Source: the human T2T-CHM13v2.0 reference genome, Homo sapiens. From it: a stretch of DNA of 64,000 nucleotides. Below the pieces are notes generated by a model, which was given only the letters and a program-made list of their open reading frames with translations, was not told where the DNA came from and did no database searches. The stretch is from assembly GCF_009914755.1 (NCBI RefSeq), contig NC_060929.1. One strand, given 5' to 3'. Shown here in pieces: positions 1-14,497 of the stretch (positions are counted from its first letter, which is position 1; each line of letters opens with the position of its first letter). The position numbers and the translations under genes are program-made.

Positions 1-552
1 GAGATCCTTCGACTCCAAACCACCCTGAGCAACCGCGCTGGGGCAAAATGAACGCAGCCTCTGAGCCAGCCACGGCCTCTGTCCAGGACGCTGGGCAGAC
101 CCCACACCCCTTCCTCTCTGGGACCCAGCCGCTCCGGCCCCCCACCCCCAGAGACGGCCCAGGCCCCCTTATTAGCAGCGTGAGAACAGACAGACACAGG
201 CAGGTCCCAAGCTGCCCACAGCAGAGGAAAGACCTGGATGCAGATCCCAGCTGCCACCACCTCAGGGCTTTGCTCAAAGCAGCAACAAGCTTCAGCTACC
301 GCAGACCCAGCGGCGCCTACCAGGGGCCGCAGCGGAACACAGTCCCCGGCAAGACACCGGTCGCAACGTCCTGGGGCAACGGAAGTCACGAGACACGTGA
401 AGTGGGAATGTGGCCCAGCTCAAATCAGAGGAGAACGCAAGATGGTCAGACCCTGGAATCAGCAGACAAGGGCCTAAAACAGCAGCTCAAGGATAGAAAA
501 GAAACGTTCTCATAACCACTTAAAAAGGACAAGCCGCAGCGGTGGAGTGGAA

Positions 553-1025
553 CAGGGCTTGGCACATTTTTTCTTAAAGGCAGATTGTGAGTATTTTAGG
601 TCCTGCAAGCTGCCAACAGGAGGATCACTTCATAACCACTCACTACCAGTGAGGCCGAAAGCCGCTGTAACGACACAGACGGGCGCCGAAAGCCGCCGTA
701 ATGACACAGACGGGTGCTCAAAGCCGCCGTAACGACACAGACGGGCGCTGTGTTCCAGTGAAACTTTACCACTCACTACCAGTGAGGCCGAAAGCCGCCG
801 TAACGACACAGATGGGCGCTGTGTTCCAGTGAAACTTTACCACTCACTACCACTGAGGCCGAAAGCTGCCGTAACGACACAGATGGGCGCTGTGTTCCAG
901 TGAAACTTTACCACTCACTACCACTGAGGCCGAAAGCCGCTGTAACGACACAGATGGGCGTTCCAGTGAAACTTTATTTACAACAACCAGTGGCCGGCCC
1001 ACGGGCTGTAGTTTGCTGATGCCTA
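553..1025 (-). mobile_element. MER58A-like hAT-Charlie DNA transposon with internal tandem amplification
   Basis: Decayed TIR ends CAGGGCTTGGCACAT and GTAGTTTGCTGATGCCT; internal GCTGTGTTCCAGTGAAACTTTATTTAC and GTATTTTAGG resemble the MER58A consensus; inserted into an L1 fragment. Confidence 0.75.
637..975. repeat. 71-bp minisatellite, about 4 copies with partial sub-repeats
   Basis: ACTCACTACC recurs at 771, 842 and 913 (period 71). Confidence 0.9.
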
Positions 1026-1233
1026 AAATAGAACTTATCAAAGAGAACCAAGCAGAAACCCTAGAATCTCTGACATAAAAACTCAATGGATAGACTTACG
1101 AGCAGACAGAAATGACAGTAAAGAGAGTGAACTGGAAGACAGATCAGAAGAAATCATCCCATCGGAAGACCAAGGAGAAAAAATGGTTTTTAAAGTAACC
1201 AGAGCCTCAGTGGCCTGTGGGGCAAAATCAATA

Positions 1234-1490
1234 GCTTGTAGCCGCAGCACTTTGGGAGGCCAAGGCAGGAGGATCGCTTGAACCCAGGAGTTCAAGACCA
1301 GCCTGGGCAACACAGCAAAACCCCTTCTTGACAAAATAAATTAAAACATTAGCTGAGCCTGGTGGTTTGTGCCCATAGTCCCAGCTACTCAGGGGGCTGA
1401 GGCCAGAGGGTCCATTGAGCCTGGGCGGGTTGAGGCTGCACCCCAGTCTGGGTGACAGTGAGCGAGGCCCCCATCCTTGCCCAGAAAAAG
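1234..1490 (+). mobile_element. AluJ (diverged)
   Basis: GCACTTTGGGAGGCCAAGGCAGGAGGATCGCTTGAACCCAGGAGTTCAAGACCAGCCTGGGCAAC plus a decayed right arm. Confidence 0.88.
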
Positions 1491-3161
1491 GCCTGATATA
1501 TGTGTAGCTGGAGCTCTGGAAGGAAGGGAGAATGGGGCGGGGAAACCTTGAAGAGCGAATGGTAAAAAATGTCCCCAGTTTGGTGAAAGACACACATTTA
1601 TAGATTTGAGAAATTTTGCAAGCTCCAAGCAATGCAAGTACAGGGAAAATCCTGCCTGTGGGCACAGCACAGTCAGACTGCTGAAAATCAAAAACAAATG
1701 GAGAATCTTTCCATCTGTATAATGTGTGTGAGTTACCAATAAAGAACTTTCTTCTTGTTCCATGAAATGGGCAAGGAAGGCGTGTCCGCTGGAAATCTCA
1801 TCCACGGCTGTGGTTTCTCCTGAATCGGCGAATCGTCTGCGCGAGGCTGGGGCCTCTGGACAGAAGACTGGGCCCCCAGAGCTCTTGGGGGGTTCCCATC
1901 TTCACCCGGTGCCTGGATTCTCAGGGTCCCACCCACCCCCACCTTCCTCACACTTCACCCTCTCTTCTCTCTTGCCCTTATAAAATCATTCACTTCAAAG
2001 TAGAAATTATGAAACCGTCTTCATCAATCACGGAAGTTTAGCATTCCCCGTGTTTTTGCCTTTGGTTTATCAACAACTAAACAAGGGAAGGGAACAAGCT
2101 TCTGCAGAAGCTTCCAGCAAGGAGACAGCGTCCTATATGAGGCGCCTGGGGAGGGAAGGTGCCGGAAGGCATCGCTGTGGGGCTGCCGCCAGCTCCGGAC
2201 CCCCGGGAACCCAAGGGGCACACGTCTCCCCGTGTTCTTGCAGCCCCCGCGTCCCGTGACCCACCCAGGAGGTGTGACCTGCCCTCCTTGCTTCAGGCTC
2301 CCCTCTGTAAAGTGAGGAAATAGCCCCCCGGGGCCGCAGCCAGGGCCCAGGGCGGTGGACATGCAGGGTCCAGGACTGGCTGAACCTTGAGCCGCTGCAG
2401 GGGCCGTTGGATTTGGCCCTCGGGAGAGAACTCCACAGCCTCCTCCAGTGTGTCCGGCGGCGGCAGCCAGGGAGGGTGCCGGGACCTTCAGACCACACAG
2501 CAAGCGGCCAGATCTCAGGCTCCCCGGGCTCACGGCCCCGCTGCCTCCTCCTGTCACCCCCGGGTGAGCCCAGAGGGCTCGGGGTGGGGACAGCAGACAA
2601 ACCCTCAGCTGCTGGGCAGTGCCTCCCTCTGGGGCCATGGGCACCGGGACCTGCACCCCTCAGCGCTGTGAGGCCACTGTCTCTAAACGTGGGGGCTGAA
2701 GGGGAAGGGGTGTTCGTGCCCAGCTCCTGGCCGGCCACCGACATGGCCCCTTCATGGGGGCCGGGCCAGAGGCTCAGAAGGGGAGGGCAGGGGTGCGGCT
2801 GGTTGAGTGGCATACAGCGGGGGCTCACACCTCGGCTAGCAAAGTGGCTCCCAGACCCGGACGCCTGTGCCTGGAAGAGCAGCAGACGCCTGCAGGGCAC
2901 AGTGGCCACGTGGGCGCCACACAGAGCCCAGTGCTGAGAAGCAGGGGCCAGCAGCTGCCACCCCTCCCCTGCTTTCCCTGTGCAAATGGGAAAAGGCCTC
3001 AGAACAGCGTGGACGCAGTGACCCCTTTAACAGAATGAGGGGATGGAATCCCGGGTGGCTGGAGACCTGGACAAATGAGAAACAGCATCCTCCTCCATTT
3101 TTAGCTTCAGAGGCTCTTAAGGGAGGGAGGCTGCTGTGGGAGGAGCATCTGGACGTGTGCT

Positions 3162-3950
3162 GGGGGGTGACCGTCGAGGGGGGTGGGGGAGAGTGACCAT
3201 GGGGGGGGGAGAGTGACTGTGGGGGGGTGGGGAGTGACCATGGGGTGAAGAGTGACTGTAGGAGGGTGGGGAGTGACCACGGAGAGGGGAGAGTGACTGT
3301 AGGGGGGTGGGGAGTGACCATGGAAGGGGGAGAGTGACTGTTGGGGGGTGGGGAGTGACCACGGGGTGAAGAGTGACTGTAGGAGGGTGGGGAGTGACCA
3401 CGGAGAGGGGAGAGTGACTGTAGGGGGGTGGGGAGTGACCATGGAAGGGGGAGAGTGACTGTTGGGGGGTGGGGAGTGACCACGGAGAGGGGAGAGTGAC
3501 TGTAGGGGGGTGGGGAGTGACCATGGAAGGGGGAGAGTGACTGTTGGGGGGTGGAGAGTGACCACAGAGGGGAGAGTGACTGTGGGGGGGTGGGGAGTGA
3601 CCACGGGGGGAGAGTGACTGGGGGGGTGGGGTGGGGAGTGACCACGGAGGTGAGAGTGACTGTGGGGGGGTGGGGAGTGACCATGGAAGGGGGAGAGTGA
3701 CTGTGGGGGGTGGAGAGTGACCACAGAGGGGAGAGTGACTGTGGGGGGGTGGGGAGTGACCACGGGGGGAGAGTGACTGGGGGGGTGGGGTGGAGAGTGA
3801 CCACGGAGAGGGGAGAGTGACTGTGGGGGGGTGGGGAGTGACCAAGGTGGGGAGAGTGGCTGTGGGGGGTGGGTGGGGAGTGACCATGTGGGGGGAGAGT
3901 GACCATTGTGGGGGTGGGGAAAGTGGCCATGTTGGGAGGGGAGTGACTAC
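3162..3950. repeat. G-rich ~40-bp VNTR with two half-units (GGGGAGAGTGACTGT/GGGGAGTGACCA)
   Basis: About 19 units with G4-G8 tracts; source of the Pro/His/Ser-rich pseudo-ORFs. Confidence 0.92.
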
Positions 3951-4868
3951 CACGGAGATGAAATTAATGTGAACCACTGAGGCAAAGGCATGAGGCCCCC
4001 TCACTTTGGGGTGGGGTTGGGGTTGGGGTGCAGGTGGAGCCTCTGAAAGGCTTTGAGGAGTTTGCAAATGCCCTGCAGGGGAGCAACTTCAGGTCTCGCT
4101 GACCTTTATCCCTCAGGAGAGGATCTCCAGTGAGGCTGTGCTCTCCGGGAATTCTTTTGTGCAGGTAGACGGTGAGGGCAGCTTCCCAAGCCTGTTAACT
4201 GCACCTGTGCCTGCTCACGTGGCCACAGCCGCCACTATCAAGGAGCTCTGGGTCCTGCCCGCGAAGCCAGGACTTTGTCACGAGCTTTGCCCGGACGCAG
4301 CAGCCGGAAGCGGTTGGGAGGATTGATTCTTGATATTGATGCCACCCAGAGAGGACAAAGGTGGAAAGACACACGAAAGGGGCCCGAGACGGGGGCTGGA
4401 GACGCGCGGAACCCGGGCTGCGGAGAGGGTGCTGGGGTGCGCGGCAGGGCCAGGGCAGCCCGCACAGGGTGCATTCTCACGCAAGGTGTGCCCCGTGTCT
4501 CCATCATTTGCCCCAAATGCAGGAGGGCCCGGGGTCCTCCCGAGGGGCCCCATGCTGCTCCCTGTCCTGTGGGGCCACCCTGCCAAGCGGGGCACCACTC
4601 CAGAGCTGGGACAGCAGCAAACCAGAGCCAGACCCCACAGGTTCCCCACCTTCTGGGCGCTGCTCCCAGGGACCTGTCTGGCCACTTCCCAGCAGGCTGT
4701 TTTAACCCGTGCAGAGCTGGTTTCCTATGATAATCTCGACTTTTCTGGGCAGTTGTAAAGACTGAAAATCAGACTCCTTCAGAGAGAGTGGGTTGACTTT
4801 GTTCTCAAACCCAAGGAAAACGAAGGATAAAACGTGTTATTTATTATCCTTGTTTTAAAGTTATTGGG

Positions 4869-5198
<330 letters not shown>

Positions 5199-5238
5199 GT
5201 TATTGGGTCAGGTAAGAAGGAGGGATCCGGCTGCTGCT

Positions 5239-5240
<2 letters not shown>

Positions 5241-5281
<41 letters not shown>

Positions 5282-5463
5282 AGACGGAGTCTGGCTCTGT
5301 TGCCCAGGCTGGAGTGCGGTGGCGCGATCTGGGCTCACTGCAAGCTCCGCTCCCGGGTTCACGCCATTCTCCTGCCTCAGCCTCCCGAGTAGCTGGGACT
5401 ACAGGCGCCCGCCACCACGCCCGGCTAATTTTTTGTATTTTTAGTAGAGACGAGGTTTCACCG
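5241..5463 (-). mobile_element. 5'-truncated AluY with pure 40-nt tail
   Basis: T40 followed by AluY-type CAAGCTCCGC..CCCGGGTTCACGCCATTCTCC with CpGs largely intact; stops shortly past the middle A-rich linker. Confidence 0.88.
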
Positions 5464-6428
<965 letters not shown>

Positions 6429-6574
6429 GCTACACCCAAATGCCCACCCACACCCATGTGGCTCCAGTTCCCATTCGGCTTCTTGGCGCCCGCCCCTCAC
6501 ACCAGTGGAGCCAGGGGAAGGGGTGACCAGTGCTCAGGCGCGGAGCCCAGCTATGGAATCACAAGCAGCCCAGA

Positions 6575-7115
6575 GCGCGCCCGGGATGGAGATGCCGCAG
6601 GGAGACGCAGGCCTCAGGATGGAGTAGCCGCAGGCAGACGCAGTCCTCAGCGCGCCAGGGATGGAGATGCCGCAGAGAGACGCAGCCCATAGTGTGCCCG
6701 GGATGGAGATGCCGCAGGGAGACGCAGCCCACAGTCTGCCGGGGATAGAGATGCCGCAGGGAGACGCAGGCCTCAGCGCGCCCGGGGATGGAGATGCCGC
6801 AGGGAAACTCAGGCCTCAGCGCGCCCGGGGATGGAGATGCCGCAGGGAGACGCAGCCCATAGCGCGCCTGGGATGGAGATGCCGCAGGGAGACACAGCCC
6901 ATAGTGTGCCCGGGATGGAGATGCCGCAGGGAGACACAGCCCATAGTGTGCCCGGGATGGAGATGCCGCAGGGAAACTCAGGCCTCAGCGCGCCCGGGGA
7001 TGGAGATGCCGCAGGGAGACGCAGCCCATAGCGCGCCTGGGATGGAGATGCCGCGGGGAGACACAGCCCATAGCGCGCCCGGGATGGAGATGCCGCAGGG
7101 AGACGCAGGCCTCAG
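6575..7115. repeat. ~42-bp VNTR (GGGATGGAGATGCCGCAGGGAGACGCAGCCCATAGCGCGCC), about 13 copies
   Basis: 14-aa repeat MEMPQGDTAHSVPG in the ORF track; direct inspection. Confidence 0.93.
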
Positions 7116-7230
7116 CATCACCATCGCCCCCACGCCGTAAAGGACAAGGACATTAGAGAGGAAGACCTCCCGGGAGTCACACATGAGAACTAAAGTTTAA
7201 AACTCAACAGAGGATTGAAAGAGGAGGTTA

Positions 7231-7538
<308 letters not shown>

Positions 7539-7583
7539 TTATCTCAGAAGATAGAGAAAAAAAGACACATAAAGAAAATGTAG

Positions 7584-8002
<419 letters not shown>

Positions 8003-9609
8003 TCAGGCGTGGGCAGAAGATGGAGAACCGCGGACAGGCATCACCACAGCCATTCCCAAAACCAAGCTTGCGGTTCCAGACTCAGTGAACTGCCAGGGAC
8101 CTGGCACAGCAGGTGAAGTTAGCTGTACCCCAAAGCATGTCAGGGAGTGAGAGGAGAATGGGGTGCGGGGAGGGGGAGGAGGCCTCCTGCAAAGAACCAG
8201 GAATGAGGAAGGCCTCCGTGTCTCGCATGGATGCCAGAAGAAGCTGGCACAGGGCCTGATGATTTGGAAGGGAAACCAGTTCCCGCGGCGCGAATCAAGC
8301 AAGGCAAAGGCATCTCAGAGGGGCCCTGCGGGCAGCCGGCGTTGTCCCTCCTGCAGTCAGCGCTCCACTGCCCCACACTCAGCTGGCTTCCCAGGGCCTG
8401 AGCAAGGATGGGGGAGGCTTCGGGAGAAGAGGGGCTCCAACGATGTGGAGGAGAATGTGTTGGGGAGACAGGTGCTGGGCTGGACCGGGGAGCCGCTGGA
8501 GGCCTGGGGGCATTGGAAGCAGGAGGATCCGTGGGTGCTTGGGCCCCTGGCGGAGCGCGGCAGCTTGTTGGGAGCTGGGAGCAGAGCCACTTACTGTGAG
8601 CTCAGAGAGGCTGCCAAGAGCAGCGACAGAGACCATCGTTCCCTCCAGGCAAAGCCAGATGCTGTGTGGGAAAGGAAACGTGGCCGTACGCTGCCACGGA
8701 GCTCTAAGGTGTTCGTGTGGGACGGAAGCACTGGTGGAAAGGCCAGAACCCGTGGGACACACCCTCGAGAGCCGCCGGCAGCACGCTTGGTCCCGGCCTG
8801 GAGACAGGGGCCAGCACAGTCAGGCTCTCTCTGAGCCCAGGGGTGGAGACCTCACTGGGCTTTACTGTGGTGACCACTGGGGAGCGGGGCCCAGGGGACA
8901 AGGTGGGCAGGGGCTGCTGTTTTCTCGAGTGAACCCTAGAACTACTTGATTTTTCATCTGACAAAGCTAACAGAGGAAAAGATGAGGCCCATGGATGCAT
9001 GAGCTCTCTGCCTGGCAGGCAAACATGCCCAGTGCATTTTCAGGCATTTGCTGAGGGCCCGCTACCCACAGGCTGGAACAGACTCAGCCCGGAAAGGCCC
9101 AGGCAGGCGGCCGTGGATGCCATCTCCTGTGAGTCGATGGGGTCAGCTGCCTGGGGAATCCTGCGGGGGGAAGGCGAGGGAAATGGAGGTGGAGGAGCTG
9201 TGGGAAAGGCCAGGGCTGCTGGGTGCAGGGGTGGGCGGGAAGATGCACCAGCAGCACACGCAGCTTTCTCTAGGCACTGCTGTGCTCCAAGACCTCCTGT
9301 GGCTCCCACTGTCTCATAGCTGTGCCTGGACACCTGCTGCCCCACCAGGTCTTCCTGTGTCTCCCCTGGCCACAGCCCTTCTTCCTGTCTCTGCAGGTCC
9401 CACCCTGCATTCTTGTAACCTCCCATCACGACTCCCTCCAGCCTCATAATAAGGGCTCAGATACCTGCCCATCCACATGTGAGATCCCAAAATATCGAAC
9501 ACACACCAGCAAAACTGTGAGCCGCAAGGAGAGCACTTTGGTCCCACTGGCCTTGCTGGGCAGGGGCAAGAGTGTCTCACTGTTCTCGGATGGCAAGGCC
9601 GGCATTTAA

Positions 9610-11095
9610 GTGGACAAAAGACCTAAATGTAAAAGACAGAACTATAAAATTTCTAGAAGATAGCATGGAAGAAAAGCTACATAACCTTGGGTTTGGTGAT
9701 GAATTTTTAGATCAACACCAAAAGCATGAGCTATAAAAGAAAAAATTGGTAAGTTGGACTTTATTAAAATTAAAAACTTTTTCTCTGCAAAAGAAGACAT
9801 TTGCAAAACACATATCTCCTAAAGAGTTTATCATTCAAACATACAAAGGACTCTAAAAACTCATAGGAAAAATAAACAACCCAGTGAGAAATGAGCCAAA
9901 CATCTGGGCAGACCCCACACCAAAGACAGGCAGATGGCAAGTAAGCCCCTGAAATATGCACGACAGCCCATGTCATGGCGGAGCTGCAAATTAAAACACA
10001 CGGAGACACCACCACGTACCCGTCAGCGTGGCCGAAACCCAGGACACGGATAGCACCGAAGGCTGGCGAGGATGTGGCCACAGGAGTGTGCACCCAGCAC
10101 TGCTGGAGGCACAGGGTGGCGCGGCCACTTGGAAGACAGCGTGGCAGTTTCCTACAAACCTAAGCAGGCCATGACCAGAAAACTCAACGGTCAGGCCCGC
10201 AGGAGTTGAAATCCTCCGTCTACACAAAAGCCTGCACATGGAGGTTTATAGCAGCTTTATTCATAATCACCAAAATCACCTGGAAGCAGCTGAGATGTCC
10301 TTCAGTAGATGGATAGATCCAGACAGTGGAATATCATTCAGTGCTAAAAAGAAATGAGCTGTCAAGCCATGAATAGACACGGAGGAAACACAGATGCAAT
10401 GACTAAGTGAAAGAAGCCGCTTTGAGAAGGCTGCACGCTATAGGTTTCTAACTACACGACATTCTGGAAAAGGCACAACTATGGAGACAGTAGAAAGATC
10501 AGTGGCTGCCACGGGTTAGGGGGAGAGAGGGATGAACAGGCAGAGCACAGAGGATTTTTAGGGCAGTGAAGCTCCTCTGGATGAGACTGTAATGCTGGAT
10601 CCATGTCGTTGTACCCATGTCCAAACTCACAGAAGTGTAACACCAAGAATGAGACCTAATGTAAACTGTGGACCTTAATTAATAATAATGTACCAAGAAC
10701 GAGCCCTAACGTAAACCGTGGACCTTAATTAATAATAATGTATCAAGAATGAGCCCTAATATAAACTGTGGACCTTAATTAATAATAATGTATCAAGAAC
10801 GAGCCCTAACGTAAACCGTGGACCTTAATTAATAATAATGTATCAAGAATGAGCCCTAATATAAACTGTGGACCTTAATTAATAATAATGTATCAAGAAT
10901 GAGCCCTAATATAAACTGTGGACCTTAATTAATAATAATGTATCAAGAGTGGCTAAACTATGACAAATGTATCACACCAATGCCACCTGTTAATAGGGGG
11001 AGTGGGGGGTGGAACGGCTGGGGTGTGGCTGGAGGGAACTTGATACTATCAGCTCAATATTCTGTAAATCTACAACTTTACTAAGAAATTTAAGT
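9610..11095 (+). mobile_element. L1MB/L1MC-type 3' end (ORF2 tail and 3' UTR)
   Basis: GACCTAAATGTAAAA...AACCTTGGGTTTGGTGATGAATTTTTAGAT, GGTTTATAGCAGCTTTATTCATAAT, TTCTGGAAAAGGC..AACTATGGAGACAGTAGAAAGATCAGTGGCTGCC. Confidence 0.85.
10644..10948. repeat. 50-bp minisatellite x6 inside the L1 3' UTR
   Basis: CAAGAA recurs at 10644, 10694, 10744, 10794, 10844 and 10894. Confidence 0.93.
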
Positions 11096-14000
11096 CTATT
11101 CGTTTTCTAAGAAAGGGTGTCCCCGAAGCTGTGGGGGGGGCACTCCTTTTGGGGTGAGCTGGAGAAGGCCAGGCTGAGGGGACCAGGACAGCATTCCAGG
11201 CAGAGAACGTGCACGGTGGGCAGGCTGAGTCCTGGCGGAGCCCAGGCTGCGGCACCCCTGGAGGAAGGGCCGGGCGTGCAGAGGCCCAGCAGCCAGTCTC
11301 ATCCTGACCCACCTATCAATTCTGACTCCACGGTGCTGACACTACTGTCCGGCGTCACCAAGATCAGAGCAAATACCAGTCCCACTTTTCACTGGAAGAT
11401 AAGAGGGGGAAAGGCGGTTACAGAGGTTTCCACTGCAGCAAAACCCGAGACAGCAGAAACTGGGGCTGGAGAATTGCCTCCTGCAGCGATACTGAGACTT
11501 AGGAACCTGGGCACCAGGAGGGTGAGGGAGGGGGGCGTGCACCTACTGTGAGCTGCGTGGTGTGGGCTGGGACCACTGAGATGCCAGCTGCTGCAGACTC
11601 CAGCAGACCACAAAGCCAGGGGTGCTTTTGGAACATGATAGTGGCACTGGTTACAGCCGGGATGTGGCATCCCCTTTGGAGTTTTGGATTGGCAACATTT
11701 ACCATGGGCAGTATCTGGGAGCTTCATTTTGTTGATGCTTTTTGGGAAGGAGAAAGGCCGGGAGGAAGGCTGGCAAATGGCACAGCCGCTGTGCCGGGAC
11801 GCAGGTGCTAGATGGGCCTTCACACATGGGAGCCCCCACCCCCTGCTCTAACAGAGCTCAAGTGCCCCCTAAAAGCACGTGGCCCCTCTGAGGATGCAGA
11901 GTTGGGCGGGAGGAGAGCGCCAGGTGCACGAGTGATACCCAGGGTCTGTGCCACTGGGGTGTGCGGGGCAGAGAACGCGTCAGCCCCATGGACAGTTGGG
12001 TGGGTCCTGGCCACGGGGTCCCTGAGACACAGTGGATGCTGAGACGGCCACGTCTGACTTCACAGCACACACATGCCACCTCCATGGGACACACGTGCTC
12101 CTCAGGGGCCCAGGGACAGCTCTGGTGGGCAGACAGCAGCCCCGGGCCACCCTCGCCTTCTCCCCCTGTGATGGTACACAGTAAGAATGAGGAAGTAGTT
12201 CCTGACAGCTCCTTCTCAGGAAGCTTTAACTTCCCACGGCCAGCCCTTGTGTTGCGGATTTAGGTCGAACGCAGCTCTCCCATTTGTCAGCACCTCTGGC
12301 GACAGGGCTGCGCCCCAGGGCTCCTCTCCCTCTGAAGGCAGGCGGGCCACGCACAGCCACTGGAGCTTCTCCTGGGAGCAGCACTCAGCCAACCCGAGCC
12401 AGTTCCGCCTGAAGAGATTCCCCCACTGTGTGCTGGGTGTGGGCGGTGGGCAAAATCCAGAGAAGCAGAGACAATGGTGCCTGGCAAGGCCCCAGCCCCG
12501 GCTCGGGAGGGCACCCTGCTTTCTGGGAAGAGATTACTTCCCTAATCACAGTTGGCTCTAACTAATCCTAAAATGAACCTTCAGATCTTGAGAAAACCAG
12601 GATTAAAGACAGAAACCTGGAAGTGGCGCTCACATGGGCGAGCCCTCGGGGAGGCGTGCTCAGGCAGTCCCGGTTCCAAGACGCTTCACACACTCCCTCT
12701 TCCTCCCTGACCTGAGGTCTCCCAGGCTCTGTGCCGCCAGGGCTGTCCCTCCAGGGGCTCTGTCCCTCAGGGGGCTCTGAGGCCCAGCCTCCGGCCTGTG
12801 CCCTCCCTCCTCACCTCTGCAGAGTCACCCAAGACCAGTGGCCGCTGGCTCCCCCTTCCTGGGGCCCACCCTGCCCCCCGAGGCCCATCGGGTCTTGCCT
12901 GTCGGGGGCTTTGCTCACTGTGGCCCCTCAGGCAGTCCTGCCCAGTGGCTCCCACATCCAGTAGGTGGGGAAGGAGTGGTACGGCCCGCTGAGGGCCCCA
13001 TGAGGGCCGGGTTCTAAGGGGAATCTGCCTTCACCGTCTGGTCAGCCCCGTGTCCTCTGCACCAAACATCTGGGGCTGAATCTGAGGACGGAGCCCGCAG
13101 TAGCTGCTGTTCTTCCACACTTTGTGTCACCCCCAAAGCTCTTAAAAACAGGCATTTTCAACTTTCCCATTCAGGCTTAAAGAAACCCTTTCCCAACAAA
13201 GAACTCAAACCCTTGGACTTTGGCATGACAGCTCAGCAGGCGGTGAGCCTGCAGGTTCCCCGATCCACCAGAAAGGAGGAAGCTGCCAGTGCGTCCCTGG
13301 CTCCCGCTCCTTCCCTCTGCCCTAGCCCTGCACAGTCCAGAAGGGGACCCTGGCTCTGTCCCTCCCCAGGGCTGGCTCCCAGAGCCAGATAGGGGGTCCC
13401 GGCTGGGATGGTCCAGCACAAAGCCCTCGGGGATGCACTCAAAGGCCGCCCTCCAGGGACCAGGAGCTTGGCACAGGTCACCTGGTCTTTCCCTAAGGCA
13501 GAGCCTTCCATGGGGAGACATGGGGAGATTTCTCGGCCCCCCACCCCTCACCCCAGAGTCCATGGGGAGATTTCTCGGTCTCCCACCCCAGAGTCCATGC
13601 CATCAGCCTGGAGTCTCTGTCACAGCCCTAACCACCCCCAGCACAGCAGCACAAACGGCCAGGCCCATTCCCAGGATGTGCCGCTCCCCATTTGTGGAAT
13701 TCCCACAGCCCCTCCTGCTCTGCCCGCCCCTCCCTCCTTCCTTTCAGGCCCCTGTGGACGGTGCACACACGGGAACCCCTTGGGCACCCTGGCTGCTCTC
13801 CTGACTCCACCTGGACACGGCCCCAGGCTCCATCTCAATTCTTCCTAGACTGACGACACGACACTTTGGAAATGGACTTGACACACAGCCAGCCCCAAGG
13901 GAAGGCTGGCAGTCGGACAGAACAGGGAGCCCAGAGCTCAGGCTTGTAAGGGCACTCGCCAATGTGAGGGAGCAACCCAGAGCTGAACATGGTCATCACA

Positions 14001-14149
14001 CGGCCAGAGTGCAAGGACCACCTGCTGCTCCTGCTTATCCTCCACAGGGTCCCCTGCTCCTCAGACACACACACACATCCCGCTGCTCCTGAAACACCCA
14101 CACATTACCGCCTGCCACTCACAAACCCATGCACAACCCCTGCCACTCA

Positions 14150-14497
14150 CACACCCACACACTCCCCCTGCCCCTCACACACACACACACTCCCCCTGCC
14201 CCTCACACACACACACTCCCCCTGCCCCTCACACACACACACACTCCCCCTGCCCCTCACACACACACACTCCCCCTGCCCCTCACACACACACACTCTC
14301 CCCCTGCCCCTCACACACACACACTCCCCCTGCCCCTCACACACACACACACTCCCCCTGCCCCTCACACACACACACACACTCCCCCTGCCCCTCACAC
14401 ACACACACTCCCCCTGCCCCTCACACACACACACTCCCCCTGCCCCCTCACACACACACACTCCCCCTGCCCCTCACACACACACACACTCTCCCCC
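14150..14497. repeat. Compound repeat CTCCCCCTGCCCCT + (CA)5-8, about 12 units
   Basis: Direct inspection; unit length varies with the CA tract. Confidence 0.93.

Larger units (their letters stand above)
380..1720 (+). mobile_element. Old L1M fragments (ORF1-region-like), interrupted by MER58A and an Alu
   Basis: A-rich L1-like text such as AACTCAATGGATAGACTT...GAACTGGAAGACAGATCAGAAGAAATCATCC and GTTTGGTGAAAGACACACATTTATAGATTTGAGAA. Confidence 0.6.

Noticed and set aside
637-960. Hammerhead-ribozyme-like TGAGGCCGAAAGCCG in the 71-bp repeat
   Set aside because: Resembles stem II only; the CUGAnGA and following GAAA core are not correctly placed, and the MER58 origin explains the sequence.
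2836-4067. Extensin/mucin-like Pro-rich ORFs
   Set aside because: Open in several frames of a G-rich VNTR.
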